Source of the DNA: Vicugna vicugna
Lineage: Eukaryota
NCBI GenBank assembly: GCA_013265495.1
Contig: MU058065.1
Span: 9,527,720-9,591,719 of the forward strand
DNA: 64,000 bases
Direction: 5' to 3'
Part shown: positions 24,231 through 36,750 of the stretch, in pieces
How positions within the stretch are numbered: the stretch's first letter is position 1
Layout of the letters: the number at the start of each line of letters is the position of its first letter
Position numbers and translations under genes: made by a program
The notes under the pieces: generated by a model
Seen by the model: the letters and a program-made list of their open reading frames with translations, nothing else
What the model was told of the DNA's origin: nothing
Database searches by the model: none

Positions 24231-27200
24231 GACTCTATTGAAAGAGTGGGCAGAGGGGATGAGAGCTCATGATAGGGGTGGGGAATGGGGGAGACAGAGG
24301 GCTAACTTATCGTCTAGAGTGAGATGACAACAGAGAACACCTAAAATGGAAAATCCACAAAGTAACAATTCAAACATGTTATTTAGCAATATAGAGGTAG
24401 ATGCCTTAAAATCAGCTTTTGAGGTGGGGAATGAAAATCGTTGCCTCTAGGTTGTGAGAAATGGGATAAGAAGGTAGGGACTAGGGCTGCTGTTTTCAAA
24501 CAAACCTTGAAGAATTCTTTGATTTTATAAATTATGTGTATGTGTAACTTCAGTAAAATTAAAGTATAATTAGAAAAATCAGGCTCTGGAAGGGTACTTC
24601 CTGGGTACAGATCCAATTCCTAACACTTACTAATTACATGATGTTAGGTAAATTATTTATTTTCTCTGACCATTAGTTTCTGCATGTGAAAAATGGGTAC
24701 CTACTCTACAGGGTAGTTGAGAGGATCAAAGCTTCATAAGCTTTATGTGCCTGGTCTACAGTTTTGCATTTTGGGGCTTCCTTTTGCTCTGCTTCTTGTC
24801 AGTCATTCTTATTTTATTCAGTTTTTCCTCAGATTATCATGTTACCATCACATTTCAGATCAGACTGGCTTCACAGATATTATACCCAATTCATTTTGCT
24901 TGAAATTCTGAATGCTCTCAAATACACTGAAAGGCTAAACCAATACCTTGTTACGTGTCAAAATCATATAAGGCATGATCCTATCCACATGTATATGAGG
25001 AATGCTTCCAGAATCTATCTGGAATGCATTCACCATGAATTATAAGTAATCTGCATTTTTTCTTTAATATCTTTTTTTTAAGTACAATGAACACATGGTA
25101 CTCTAGAAAATCAGGGGAAAATATTTATTTTAAAAACAACTCTTCTGTCATAAATTTACAATTTCATGTGACTTTCTCATCTATTATGTGTGAATTTTAT
25201 TAGTTGACTCTGTAAGATCCAAATTGTTTCCAAGTTCCTAGTGGCACCTCACTCCTACCCAACAAAGCAACATTCACAGCTGTCTGGAGTATAAGTTCCT
25301 CCAGTTTGCCAGAGTAGAAACTGAGGAACACTAGCTTGTCTGAAAACGACCATCAGAAAGGGGCAGAGAGTTAAGACTCGAGTTCGAGTTTTCTCATTCT
25401 AAGCTAAGTGTTCTTTCTACCATATGAACTGAATGCCCATCAATAAGTGACTTAATCTCTCTGGCCTAAAATTCATGACATGAAGGTAAAAAGTAGATGA
25501 CCTTCAAGTTCCTACCAGCCCTAACATTCCATGAATTACTGAGGTACACAAGAGTAAACCTGTATCATTAACAATATTTATTCCTTCCATATAGGGATTA
25601 TAGATTCCACTAAGTGCCTGAAAGTCCATGTGATCATGAAGTCCAGGTTACTTGTGTGCAGTTTTCACTCCCTGTCTTATTCATAAATACCAAGGCTCAA
25701 AACAGCTTTGAGTTTTATTTTCACATTTGCAGTCACTTGGGAATTTCATCAAGGCTGAAGAGATGTGGAAACTCATAATGCGTTTCCCAAGAAGCTGCAA
25801 GGGTTGTGAAATTCACAGGGCTCTAGCTTTCCTGAGAGAACGGGAGCTGACTGGACAAGACAGCCCATTTCCAGTAATGTTCCTGGTAATTCTCTGGAAA
25901 TAATGGCGAGGGCATGGTAATTGCAGCCCAGTTGTGTGCTTTCAGTAAGGACACCCACAGGATTTTCTTCTCCCTCTGCCTCCGACATTCACTCAGCAAG
26001 CTACACTCAGCCAGTCAGGAGAGGTCATCAACAATATAGCCCAGCCCAGCTCCCTGTGCGAACTCAAAAGATACAAAAACCAACATAATGCCAGCGACAG
26101 TTTCAAACCGGATACAGATCAAAGAGATAGCATGAGACTGCCTTTTGTTTAACTGTTGGCTAAACTGTATGTAATTATCTGTGTGACCCACTTTTGCAGG
26201 CATTCCACTCCACTTGCCCCTCCAACCCAGCAATTAGTCAAAGGTCTTCCTCAGCCTGAGTGGCTTTAGGTCTTGAGAAATTATGCCTCTGTGAGAGTTA
26301 ACCTTTTGTCTATGCTTAAAGACCCACAATCAACTCTTCAGAAAATTATTTTGAAAAGCAAATTGTTATGAAACTGTTCTTAAAGGCACAGTCCCAAACA
26401 CCTTTCATAAGTACCAATAAGCAACTTCTGAAGATGGTCTACTGCATTGATTAGAAGTTACTGATCCTTGAGCAAGTCTATTCTTAGTGACCCATTAAAT
26501 AAGGTTAATTATTATAACACTGCAGAGTCAAAAGATCCATCCTGGCCTTTGTTTTCCCACACATTCATAAGGGGGATTTAAAACTGGGAGAGAGGTGATG
26601 GTGGCAATTATATTCCAGAGACTACTCTGAGGCAAAGTAAGCTTTTACTGTGTATCAGTGTCCCCTTGTCAGCACTCTGTCCCCACCCTATAACACATCT
26701 ACAGAGCTCTCTCCCTCTCCCGTCCTGTAAAGAATATGATAAAATCAGGCAAAATGATGTGTAAAACCTGGCTCAGTTTACAGTGTTCCCTCTCGCAGAA
26801 ATGCTTTCACTTTAGTACTCTTAGGAAAAATGAGAGATCCTAGGATCAGGGTTTACTCTGGGGGAGGGAGAAAATGGGGAAGGACTGAGTTTTGTAAATC
26901 CTCGCTTAAACCTGCAATGGACTGAACTCTAAAACACAAATGCATGTGAAGCTCTTAGCACAGTGGTTGGCACATAGTGAACGCTCAGTAAACATTAGCT
27001 AGTATTTTTATTGTACTTTTATCATTATGGAAACTATCATTTAGCTTCTGAGGGCACTGACTGAATATTCATTGATAAGGGGCTGGTATAATCCACATTA
27101 AATGAACTGTTTGGGACTTGCTTAGAGTCTACTGGCTTCTAATTTTGGTAACTTGAAAACAATGGACTTAGCTTTCTTGACCCTTGCTAATAGGATCTGG

Positions 27201-27699
27201 TGAAATATCCAAGAGATGACAATTTTACAAACTCTGACAGGAAAAGTTTTCCAAGTTTTGGACATAAACAAGCTTCCCCAGAAGGGTCATAAACCTAGAG
27301 ATTTTGCTGAGATGCCAACTTGAATGGAAATACTTCTGAAGCCTGTGAGTGAAGTTGCTATGTTGATGAGCAAGGCCAGAAAACTGCCTGGCATGTGTGT
27401 CTCAACTTCCTGGCATTGTTCTCAACTTGTTTCATAGGCAGTCAACAGTGTGATTATTTTGCGTATGTGTGTGTCTCTCAATTGCTAGTTCTGGTAATGC
27501 AAGTGAAGCTCTAAGAAAATGATTGTTCTTAGCCAGGCAATGGAGTTTTGGTGTAAACTAGTATGTGAAATATGTAATGTGGAAGTAGGTTTCAGTCTAT
27601 GACATGAATGAGCCTTTTATATCAAACAAACAAAAGATTAAAATGTTTCAGTGAGTATTCCCAGTGCAAAAACTGTTCATCAAGTGAAAATGAAATTTT

Positions 27700-28195
27700 G
27701 GTGAAAGATGAAAAGGCACTTATTCAATAGATATCTTCCCACATGCGCAAAATGACATATGTCTTGGCTTACACATTGTAACACTGTTTGTAATATCAAA
27801 AGATAGGCTATAACTCAAACGTCCATCAACAGGGGATCAGTCAAATAAATGACAGTACATCCATCAATGGAATATTATGAAGACCTATAAAAGAATAAAC
27901 AAGCTGTGTATCACTGTGGAAAGATCGCTAAGCTGTATTATAAAGGAACAAAAGCAAAGGGCAGAATATTGTAAAAAGAGGTGGAGGGAAAGAATATATA
28001 TACATACTTATCTATACAGGCACAGATTATCTCTGGAATGATGCACAAGATAACGGTAACGGTGGTACAGGGGAATGGAAAACTGGGTGACGGGGGAACA
28101 GAGATAGGAAAAATCTCTCACTAGGAACACTTTACCTTCAAAACTTCTAATCATGTAAATTTGTTATCATCTCAAAAATAAATTAGATTAATTTT
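27700..28195 (+). mobile_element. Old L1ME-like 3' fragment
   Basis: acactgtttgtaatatcaaaagat..gtccatcaacagggg..atggaatattatg motifs. Confidence 0.65.
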
Positions 28196-28586
28196 TTATT
28201 TAAAGGAGAAATAAAGAAAAGGCTGTAATTTGTAGGGTGCCAGTTCATGGACAGGGAATGACATGGCTATCAATAGAATAAGAAGCCAATAAACTATATA
28301 AAATTTTTTCTGTTTTTCTCACTCTTGGAAATTTTGAAAGTTTCTGGAAATACCCTTTAGAAATGTCAAGCAACTATCGTACGATGAACATTTTTGGTCA
28401 TTTATGATCAGTTAAATCTGTGAGTGTCTAATGGGAGAATAACAGTGACAAGCTGTACCATTTAATTAGGATTGAATTTTTTATGCTGTCTTAGTAGACC
28501 ATCATAAAATCATGTTTATTGTAGTGAATATGGCGATTGGTCTGTCAACATCCATTTGACTCCACCTTTAAGATTAGCTGTCATAT

Positions 28587-29231
28587 CCTTCAAGCCATAA
28601 AGCCCATAAGAGAAGATTACAAGGTTCAAGGCTTCACTATCCCTTGTATTTGTTTCTGCGATACTCTTGTTTTCCTAGAGAAAAAAATCTAAAGGCCGGG
28701 GTGGAGTTGTGTACATGACCTTGGATCAAAAACTGCATTGTAATATGGCTGAGTAATATTCCATTGTGTGTATGTACCACATCTTCTTTAAATAGAATGA
28801 AATAATGCCATTTGCAGTAACATGAATGGACCCAAGTATTATCATATTAAGTGAATTAAGTCAGACGGTGAAAGACAAATATATGATATCAATTATGTGT
28901 GGAATCTAAAAATATGATACAAATATTAATTAGAAACCAAAAATAGACTCACAAACATAGAAAACAAGCTATGGTTACCAAAGGGGGAAGGATCGGGGAG
29001 GGATAAATTCTGAGTCTGGCATTAACATATACACATTATTATATACTAAATGTATTAACAAGGACCTACTGTATAGCACAGGGAACTATATTCAATGTCT
29101 TGTAATAACATGTAATGGAAAAGAATCTGAAAACATATGAACTAACTGAATCACTTTGCTGTACACCAGGAACTAACACTGAAAATCAACTACTTCAATA
29201 AAAAAAAACAAAAACAAAAACAACCAAAAAC
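28587..29231 (+). mobile_element. L1 3' insertion with 5' inversion and extra 5' sequence, bounded by 15-bp TSD
   Basis: TSD GATTAGCTGTCATAT at 28572-28586 and 29232-29246; inverted L1 piece 28744-28790; sense L1 from 28791 to an A-rich tail. Confidence 0.88.
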
Positions 29232-29685
29232 GATTAGCTGTCATATTGCTGGGTTGCCAGTGGTGGCCCAGACTAGTTTAAACCAATCACCATAATCCCA
29301 TCTCCTTTACCAAGTTAACTGGTTCAGGGACAGGAAGTCTAAACCAAACTTGAAAAGTCTTGCAGTATGTATTAGTTTTCTATGGTCTATTCTACTAATT
29401 TATAGTTAGGCTATGTTTTTATAGCAACTATATTATTTATGTTGTTCTTTATACACGTTTTCAGTTATTACAGTATTTAGGGAATGGTATTTGTAATGAG
29501 ATCCTTTGATGTATAATAGGTCAGGCCAAGGGGAACTGACTCATGTTATAAAATACTTCCTTCAGGATGGGGCAGAGTTAGCAGATCCCCCAGCACCTTC
29601 CTGGCAGTGTAGCTCTCCAGTATTTACCTGACACTGAACCTGTCCCTGGGATAACACTGGATATTGATTGACAAAGGTTCTGTTC

Positions 29686-29885
29686 CAGAGGTTGCATAGT
29701 TTTTTTGCCAAGGGTCAGACAGAAAATGTTTTGGGTTCTGCAAACCATGTGGTCTTTGTCACAACTACTCAACTCTGCCCTTGCAGCTTGGAAGCAGCCA
29801 TTGGCAACATGAGCATGGCACCATTCTAATACATTTTCATTTACAAAAACAGGTTGGGAACCACAGTTTGCTCACCTCTGTTCTA
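29686..29885. mobile_element. MER58A-like hAT DNA transposon MITE
   Basis: aagggtcagacagaaaatgttttggg..gtcacaactactcaactctgcc..atttacaaaaacagg..agtttgctcacctctg. Confidence 0.8.
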
Positions 29886-29887
29886 GT

Positions 29888-30006
29888 CTTTCTTTCTTTC
29901 TTTCTTTCTCTTCCTTTTTTCCTTTCTTTCTTTCTTTTCTTTCTTTCTCTTTCTCTTTTCTTTCTTTCTTCCTTCCTTCCTTTCTTTCTTCCTTTCTTTC
30001 TTTCTC
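29888..30006. repeat. (TTTC/TTCC)n polypyrimidine simple repeat
   Basis: Direct reading of the sequence. Confidence 0.92.
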
Positions 30007-30104
30007 CTAGCAGATCATTCCATGGGGGGGGGTGATATTTAGGATAGGTTACATTTAATTAGAGCTATTTGTATCTTGAGATGTGACAAACCTGGCCTCC
30101 TATA

Positions 30105-30320
30105 TTGGGCAGTAGAGACACAAACTCTGGAGTCAGAGAAACTTAGGTGGAATTTCAGTTCTGCTCTGCAGTGGCTATGTGGCCTAAAGCCTCTCTCCTA
30201 GCTTCATTTTCCCATCTGTGGAATGTGGGTAAGAGTCTTATGTTAGGGGTGTATTGTAATGATTAAATGAAAGTGTATGTTAACTGCCTGACACAAAGAA
30301 AATGATTAAAAAATATTAGT
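30105..30320 (+). mobile_element. MIR
   Basis: ctctggagtcaga..cttcattttcccatctgtggaatg..gattaaatga. Confidence 0.7.
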
Positions 30321-32269
30321 TTCCTCTCCACTCCCACAAAAACACACAAGAAGTGGGCAAAACCCCGTCTCAACCATCCATATTTGGAAACCCTCTCTTG
30401 GATGGCTAATGTTGGAAATTAAAAATTAATCCTAATTAGCTTTAATTTCAGATGATGCTATTTTTAAAAATCTGCCCTCAGTTTCTGGGAATTTATTTTG
30501 TTTAGCTCTTGCAGTCCTTTGCATGTTAACAACAGCCAACCACGATGCCACCAAACCATTTAAGCAAAGGCCTTAATTATGATAACTCTGATAACCCTCT
30601 AGGAAAGTAAAGGAAAGCTATAAAATATACTATCAGATTTTAAAGGGCTACTACTCAAAAGAGATCTTGTGAAAAGACTAACAATTTAGATTCTATTTGA
30701 TGTTTGCTATGACCATGACAAAGCTTTTCAGAACTGGTTTTACTAAAATTTATTAGGGAATTCACTTTCAGTGCCATAAGCAGTGGATTGTAAAAACAAT
30801 ATTACTTGATATTATTCCCCTTTGATAAGTTTAATTTTAAAAATATGCATGCATATATAAGGCACTAGTGATAGGAAGTACTTTCACAGCAGGAGAGCAA
30901 TTCTGTGTGTTTATTTACTTTTAAAAACATACTCAGATACTACAATACAGAGTATATTGAGCACATGCATTTTTGGTTGGGGAATATTCAAGTCCTCCCA
31001 TAATTAAAAAGTAAAAATAAAAAAAAATTCACTCCCTCCCTAGAGAAATTATTAGAATCAAAGCTAACGTGGCTATTTGACATTTGTAAAGCAATAATAT
31101 CTTCAAAGAAATACGGTAGCGCAAAAGCAATATAATTTTGAAAAATAATAAGCACCCCAATAGACAAGAGATGTTATTGTTTCAAGCATGAGAAGTGACA
31201 ATTGGGTGTCTTGCTCAAGGAGCTTTGTCCTTGACTTCCAGAATCAGAACTCTTCAATACATGACTCAAGGCATTTGTTTCTTGGTTCACTCATTCATTC
31301 ATTTATCAAACACATTTATTAAAGAATTACCATTTGTGAAGCACTGTGCTAGGTACTAAGAACATAAATTATTTTAGAATCAGATGTATAAGTAGTTGAT
31401 TACAGTATGTTTTATAAGTGTTACTACAGAAATATGTACCAACAGCTGAGAGTGCTGTGCAGAGGGAAGACTTCATTTTAAGGATGGCAGACCGAGTGTG
31501 GGGAAAGAAGTGCTCAGAGACACTTCATAAAGAATGCAAACAGCATCTGGGCTAGGTATTTTCTGAGGATGAAAAGACCAGTAATTCTAGACAGAGTGAA
31601 GTGCATGATCAAAATTAAAAAAGCATAAAAGTGCACTTAGCATCTGAGCATAGTTGTGAGTACTTTCATATGACTAGAACATGCCTTCATGGTGGTGGGG
31701 GTGTGGGTTTCACACCATATTACAAATCTGGGTCCTTCAACCAGTTGGTCAGTGATCCCTTGGTCACCATATTTATTTTTCCTATGAAGTCTATGCTCTG
31801 AATGGCTGAAAACCCAGGTATATTATTGAGAAGAGTTCAGCTTGCAAGGAGCACAGACATGCCTCTGATCTTGGGTGATGGGAATTCACTATATGATACG
31901 GAGGAAATTAGGAGGCAAGTATGGGAAATCACTTTAATGGAACAATCAGGCCTCAGAAGAGCATTGTTTATTGGTCTCCAGGGTCATCTAGTAATTCTAA
32001 CACCTCAAAAGGAATATTGGGGTGGTCGACACATAGAAGGGTGTTTGTTCTTTGTGCACAAGGTTCCACTTACGTGATTTGGCTTCTTTTGTTCTCTGCT
32101 TCTTCCTCCAGCTGTTGTTACTGCCCTCTGGCTATTTCTCAGTTTATTTATCTCATGGGTTCTATTTATTTATTGCTTCTACTAACTCATGGAGTCTGCT
32201 TAGTCTCTGTTTAGTTTCCTGGCTCATATATCCTGCTTTGCTTTAAACATCTCTCTTTGGGTGCTTTTA

Positions 32270-32822
32270 TGTAAAAAAAAAAAGAGTTAACCACAGGTCC
32301 AAGACTGCTATTCTTAGAAAGATCTGCTTTCAAGGTTGGCCCTGGACTGAAATCTGCGAATTTAGGTTTCAAGAGGGTTCTAGCCATTAACTAAATGACA
32401 ACTTGGCTCACTGTGCCTAAATTGTTTGCACACACAATATGGTTTATGCTAAACACCTGTTTTCCTTCTCGCAGTCAGAAATTTAGTATGTGCCAGGAAG
32501 AAGGTACCTATGTGACCAATACTCAATAAAAATCTTGGGCATTGAGTCTGCAATGAGCTTCCTGGTAGCGAGCATTTCATACCTGTTGTCACAACCTGTT
32601 GCTGGAGGAATTAAGCACCTCCTGTGTGACTCTACCAGAAGAGGACTCTTGGAAGCTTGCACCCTGTTTCCTCCAGACTTTACCCCATGCACCTTTTTCC
32701 CCTTGCTGATTTTCCCTGTATCCTGTCACTGTCAAAGCCTTAAGTATGACTGTAAGCTGAGTCTTGTGAGTCCTCCCAGCTGACTGTTGAACCTGGGGCT
32801 CATCTTGAGGAACCCTGACACA
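32270..32822 (+). mobile_element. Near full-length ERVL-class solo LTR (MER68/MER21-like)
   Basis: TGT...ACA termini, ~550 bp; tcttgggcattgagtctgcaatgagcttcctggtag and gagtcttgtgagtcctcccagc..gaacctgggg motifs. Confidence 0.75.
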
Positions 32823-32859
32823 ACCTTGTCTTCAGGCTCCTGAAGAAAGAATATCTTAT

Positions 32860-33362
32860 TCACAATCCACTACTTGGCCCTTATTATGATCAGGCCCCTG
32901 GCTATCTCTTCCTCCTCATCTCCCATCACTCCTCCACCCCTTGTTCTAGTTATGCCAGATTCCCTTCTGTTCCTCAAGCATTCCAAGCATGCTCCTGCTT
33001 CAAAGCTTTTGTACTTACTTTGTTTCCTCTGCCTCTGCCTTTTCTTCCAGATATCTACATACATGGCTGTCCTCACTCATGACCCTGCTCACGTGTCACC
33101 CATCTAAAATAACTATCCCCTCCCACTCATATTCCTTAACTGTTTACTCCTTTATCTCGATGAATTATTCAGCGCAGTTATCGATATTTTACATTATATA
33201 CTTTATTTGTTTAGTGTCTATCTTTCCTAACTAGAGTATAACTAAATGAAGGTAGTGACCTTGTCTGTTTTGTTTACTGCTCTATTTTTAGTAGCTAGAA
33301 AGGTGGCTGGCATATAGAAAGGGCTCAATAAATACTGCTTGCAGAAGGAATGAATTAATAAT
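32860..33362 (+). mobile_element. L2 3' fragment
   Basis: ccttgtctgttttgtttactgctcta..ggctcaataaatactgct..gaatgaat L2 terminus. Confidence 0.75.
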
Positions 33363-33444
33363 GTATCTGTTGGGCATATTTCTCATTCCAGGCCACATTA
33401 TATGCCCATGGAGAGTGTACAGATGTCTGCCTTTAGGTTGGGCA

Positions 33445-33932
33445 TGTGGCAGAGACTGCTAATTATCTATCTGCTCTCTCCTTCTGTAGTGACAGAACCC
33501 CTGATTTTTGGCTGGGAATATAGTTACCAGAAATAAAGAGTACATTTCCCAATGCCCTGTGTGGATAAGTGTGGCTGTGTGACTAAATGCAGGCCAATGA
33601 GATGTGAGTGGAAGCTGGATGGACAACACCTAGGAAGCATCCTTATAAGAGTGGATTCTATTTTTCCCTCCCTTTTTCCTTCTTGCTGGGTGAAACTGTA
33701 AAGCTTGGAATTCGGGCAGCCATCTTGGATCACGAGGCAGCCCTGGTACTGGAAGGTACAGTCAATGGAGCAAAACAAGAAAGAGGAGGCCAGATAATGT
33801 GGAGGCCAATACCAATTCCAAAGAACCTACGTTTGGACTTGGACAAGAGTCAGAAATAAACTTCTATCTTCTTTAAACCCAGTCAAGTGCAGTTTTCTCT
33901 CACTTGAAGTTGTCTCTAATCCAAACTAATAC
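33445..33932 (+). mobile_element. MaLR LTR (MLT1J-like)
   Basis: tgtggcagagac..tacatttcccaatgccc..ggctgtgtgactaaatgcaggccaatgagatgtgagtggaag..aaataaacttctatctt. Confidence 0.7.
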
Positions 33933-34109
33933 AAGCACTAATCTCCAGTCTGACTTTTTGAAGTCAGGTGGCAGAGTTACAAAATACAAAGCATGATACC
34001 ATATGAGCTATTCACTTTTCTAAAAGGAGGCTGTGGGCATGATAGGAAGGCCAGCAAGCAGAATGCTATCCTGTGGGAAATGTGGGAAATGTCAGCTGTG
34101 GAAAAGCAT

Positions 34110-34595
34110 TATATAGTAATGCCCCGCCATGACTTTCCTGCCTCCACATACTTGTTTGCAAAGTGATGTTGCTACTCCTTCCATCAAGAGGCAGGGGCTA
34201 TGTCTCCGCCTCCTTGAATCTAGGTTGGTCCATGACTGACTTGGACCAAAAGAATGTGACAAAAGTAACATAATGCCAGTTCCAGGATCTAATCTGTAAA
34301 AGACCCTGTAGCTACCGCTTTCGCCATTTGGAATCCTGAGATCACCAAGCTCTGAAGCCGGGTGTAGATTACCAGAGGATATGAAACCACGTGGAGGGCA
34401 ACAGAAGCACCCCAGCACAGAGCCAGCACCAACCGGCAGGCATGTGAATGAGGCCACATGAGTGACTGCAGGCAGAGCCATCCAAAGTCACTGCCAGATG
34501 GCCAGCCCACACAATCATGAAAGTGAAACAGTTGCTTTTTTAAGCCACTAAATTTTGAAAAGGTTTGTTATGCGGTCATAGGCACCTGGAAACTA
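34110..34595 (+). mobile_element. MaLR LTR (MLT1G/H-like)
   Basis: gctactccttccatcaagagg..ccttgaatctagg..tttaagccactaaattttg. Confidence 0.7.
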
Positions 34596-35099
34596 ATCTA
34601 AGGGAATATCTGTTTCTTGCTGCAGAAAGATCCTATGACAAAGGTAGATGTAAGTGAAAAGCACTTAAGTTTAGTAACTTTTAAAGAGAAATATAAAGTC
34701 TTCAGCTTACCCACTTTAACATTAAAAATAAGGAGCACAAGTCTTTACTTAAAAATGACGACAAATAGAAAAAAGGAGTAGCACAGCATAGTAGAAGGAA
34801 CTTTGGATGAGGAATTGGTAGAACTGGTAGAATTGGTGGGTATGGTTCTCTTTTTGTTAACCAGTTTTATGATCTAGAAAAAGTGGCTCAGCCTCTTAGT
34901 GCCTCATTTCTTTCAGAGGTAAATGAAGCCCACGCCATGCTCACTCACTCATTCATTCAACACTGATTACCCCTGCTGGGAGATACTCTCATGTGGGGTG
35001 AGATGACAGCAGACTTTGACTTTCTACTTACACATTTCTGTATAATTTTTTGATTTAAAAAATAATTAGTTTTATAATCAGCAAGGATCATAAAGATGT

Positions 35100-35520
35100 T
35101 GTTACGGGCTGAATTTTGCCCCCTAACATTCACATGTTGAAACCCTAACCCCCAGGACCTCAGAATGTGACTGATTTTGAAGATAGGGCCTTTAAAGAGG
35201 CAATTAAGTTAAAATAAGGTTGTTAGGGTCCTGACTGGTACATGATATTAATCCAATCTCATCAGTGTCCTTATTAGAAGAGGAAATCTGGATGCACAAG
35301 GAGACACCAGGGATCCATGTGCACAGAGGAAAGGCCATATCAGGGCTTGGTGAGAAGGTGGCCCACCTACAAGCTAAGGAGAGAGGCCTCAGAAGGAACC
35401 AATCCTGCTCACATCTTTACCTTGGGTTTATAGACTCTACAGCAGTGAGAAAATAAACTTCTGTTGTTTAAGCCACCCAGTCTGTAGTATATTGTTAGGG
35501 TAGCCCTAGCAGACTAACAC
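35100..35520 (+). mobile_element. MaLR LTR (MLT1B-like)
   Basis: tgttacgggctgaattttgcccc..cctaacccccaggacctcagaatgtgactg..aaataaacttctgttgtttaagccacccagtctg..ctaacaca. Confidence 0.85.
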
Positions 35521-36229
35521 AGATGTTTTCACCTCGAAAAAGCCCTAGTACCTTCAGGGAGCACATGGTCCTTATTCTTGAGGTGCTCATGTTCAAGTTG
35601 GAGAGTGACAATAACTTTTGATACAATGCCACGTGATAAACAGTGCGGTGGAACCACGCAAAGAACAACACGGGAGTCCAGAGAAGGGGGACCCAACTAG
35701 TGGGAGAGGGAGACAGATGACAGTGGGTCCAGTGGGGAGAGTTTAGGAAACCTATGCTGGGGATGAAATGCCCCTTTCAGTGTTGAAGAAGGAATAGGGA
35801 TAACAACTGTCCCATCTCCTGGCCTTTCTGCTGACCCTCTGTGCTTGGTTGTCATATGCTGCATTGGTCTCAGATCAGGATTTCAAGAATCAGTAGAATC
35901 TCAACAAACACACACACAAAAGTTGGGGACTGGGTATACTGATGCAGCGTTGCCAATGTTCTACTTTACATTTTTTTTTCCCAAAAGGACATTTAAAATG
36001 CTAACCACCACCATCACTGTATCATTAAAGATATTTAAACATTATCTCATAATAAAGGACAATCCCTTATGTTGAACACATTTAGCTTTAAGTTCCTTCC
36101 ATTGTCCTTGGTTTTTGCACTGCACGTGCAGTAGTCGTACGTATTAGACCAGCATTTGATGGCCACTAGAGCTTCAAAGTAACTTTTATTAATCAGGTTA
36201 TGAAAACAATATTTAATTTTTTATATGGC

Positions 36230-36750
36230 AAAAACTAGCTTTTCTCCAAAATCCATACCTCCCTTTCTCCATAGAAATAGAGATTATAGTCGGTAATGGT
36301 TACTCAGCTAGAGTACTACTACATCTCCATTCTCTCTTCACAGTGATATGGGATTGTGTGGCTAAGTTCTGGCTGACAGGATGTAAGCAGAAATAATGTG
36401 TAAATGGAAGTTATATGTCATTTCTGGGTCCTCTCTACCTTAAAAGATAAGAGACTTGCCTTGGAGTTTCTCTCTTTTCCCTTTCCACGGGTTGGACCAC
36501 TGAATGTGCCTGCAACCTAACTCTGACCACGAGGATAAAGACATTACCTTAGGGAACAGTGAAGCAATAAATGAAAGGAATCTGGGTCCTTGGATGACTT
36601 TGTGGAGTCAAAACTCCCTGCCAAGCTGGACTGTTCACCATATTGTAACATGAGAGAAAAAAAGAGCTTTTATGTTATTTAAGCTTCTGCACATAAATGT
36701 ATACTTTTTTGGTGTTTCTTTTTGGGAACAGCTTAGTCTTTACTCTCGTA
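36230..36750 (+). mobile_element. Old MaLR LTR (MLT1I/J/K-like)
   Basis: ggctaagttctggctgacaggatgtaagcagaa..ggaatctgggtccttggatgact. Confidence 0.55.

Larger units (their letters stand above)
21560..24560 (+). mobile_element. Degenerate HAL1/L1 ORF1-like element, interrupted by younger insertions
   Basis: A-rich sense strand; aaagacaaagttaaggcaatctcccaagaagtagaataaaaagac and ccagaaggcaatggagaaaatgcttgcaaaatt motifs; boundaries approximate. Confidence 0.55.
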
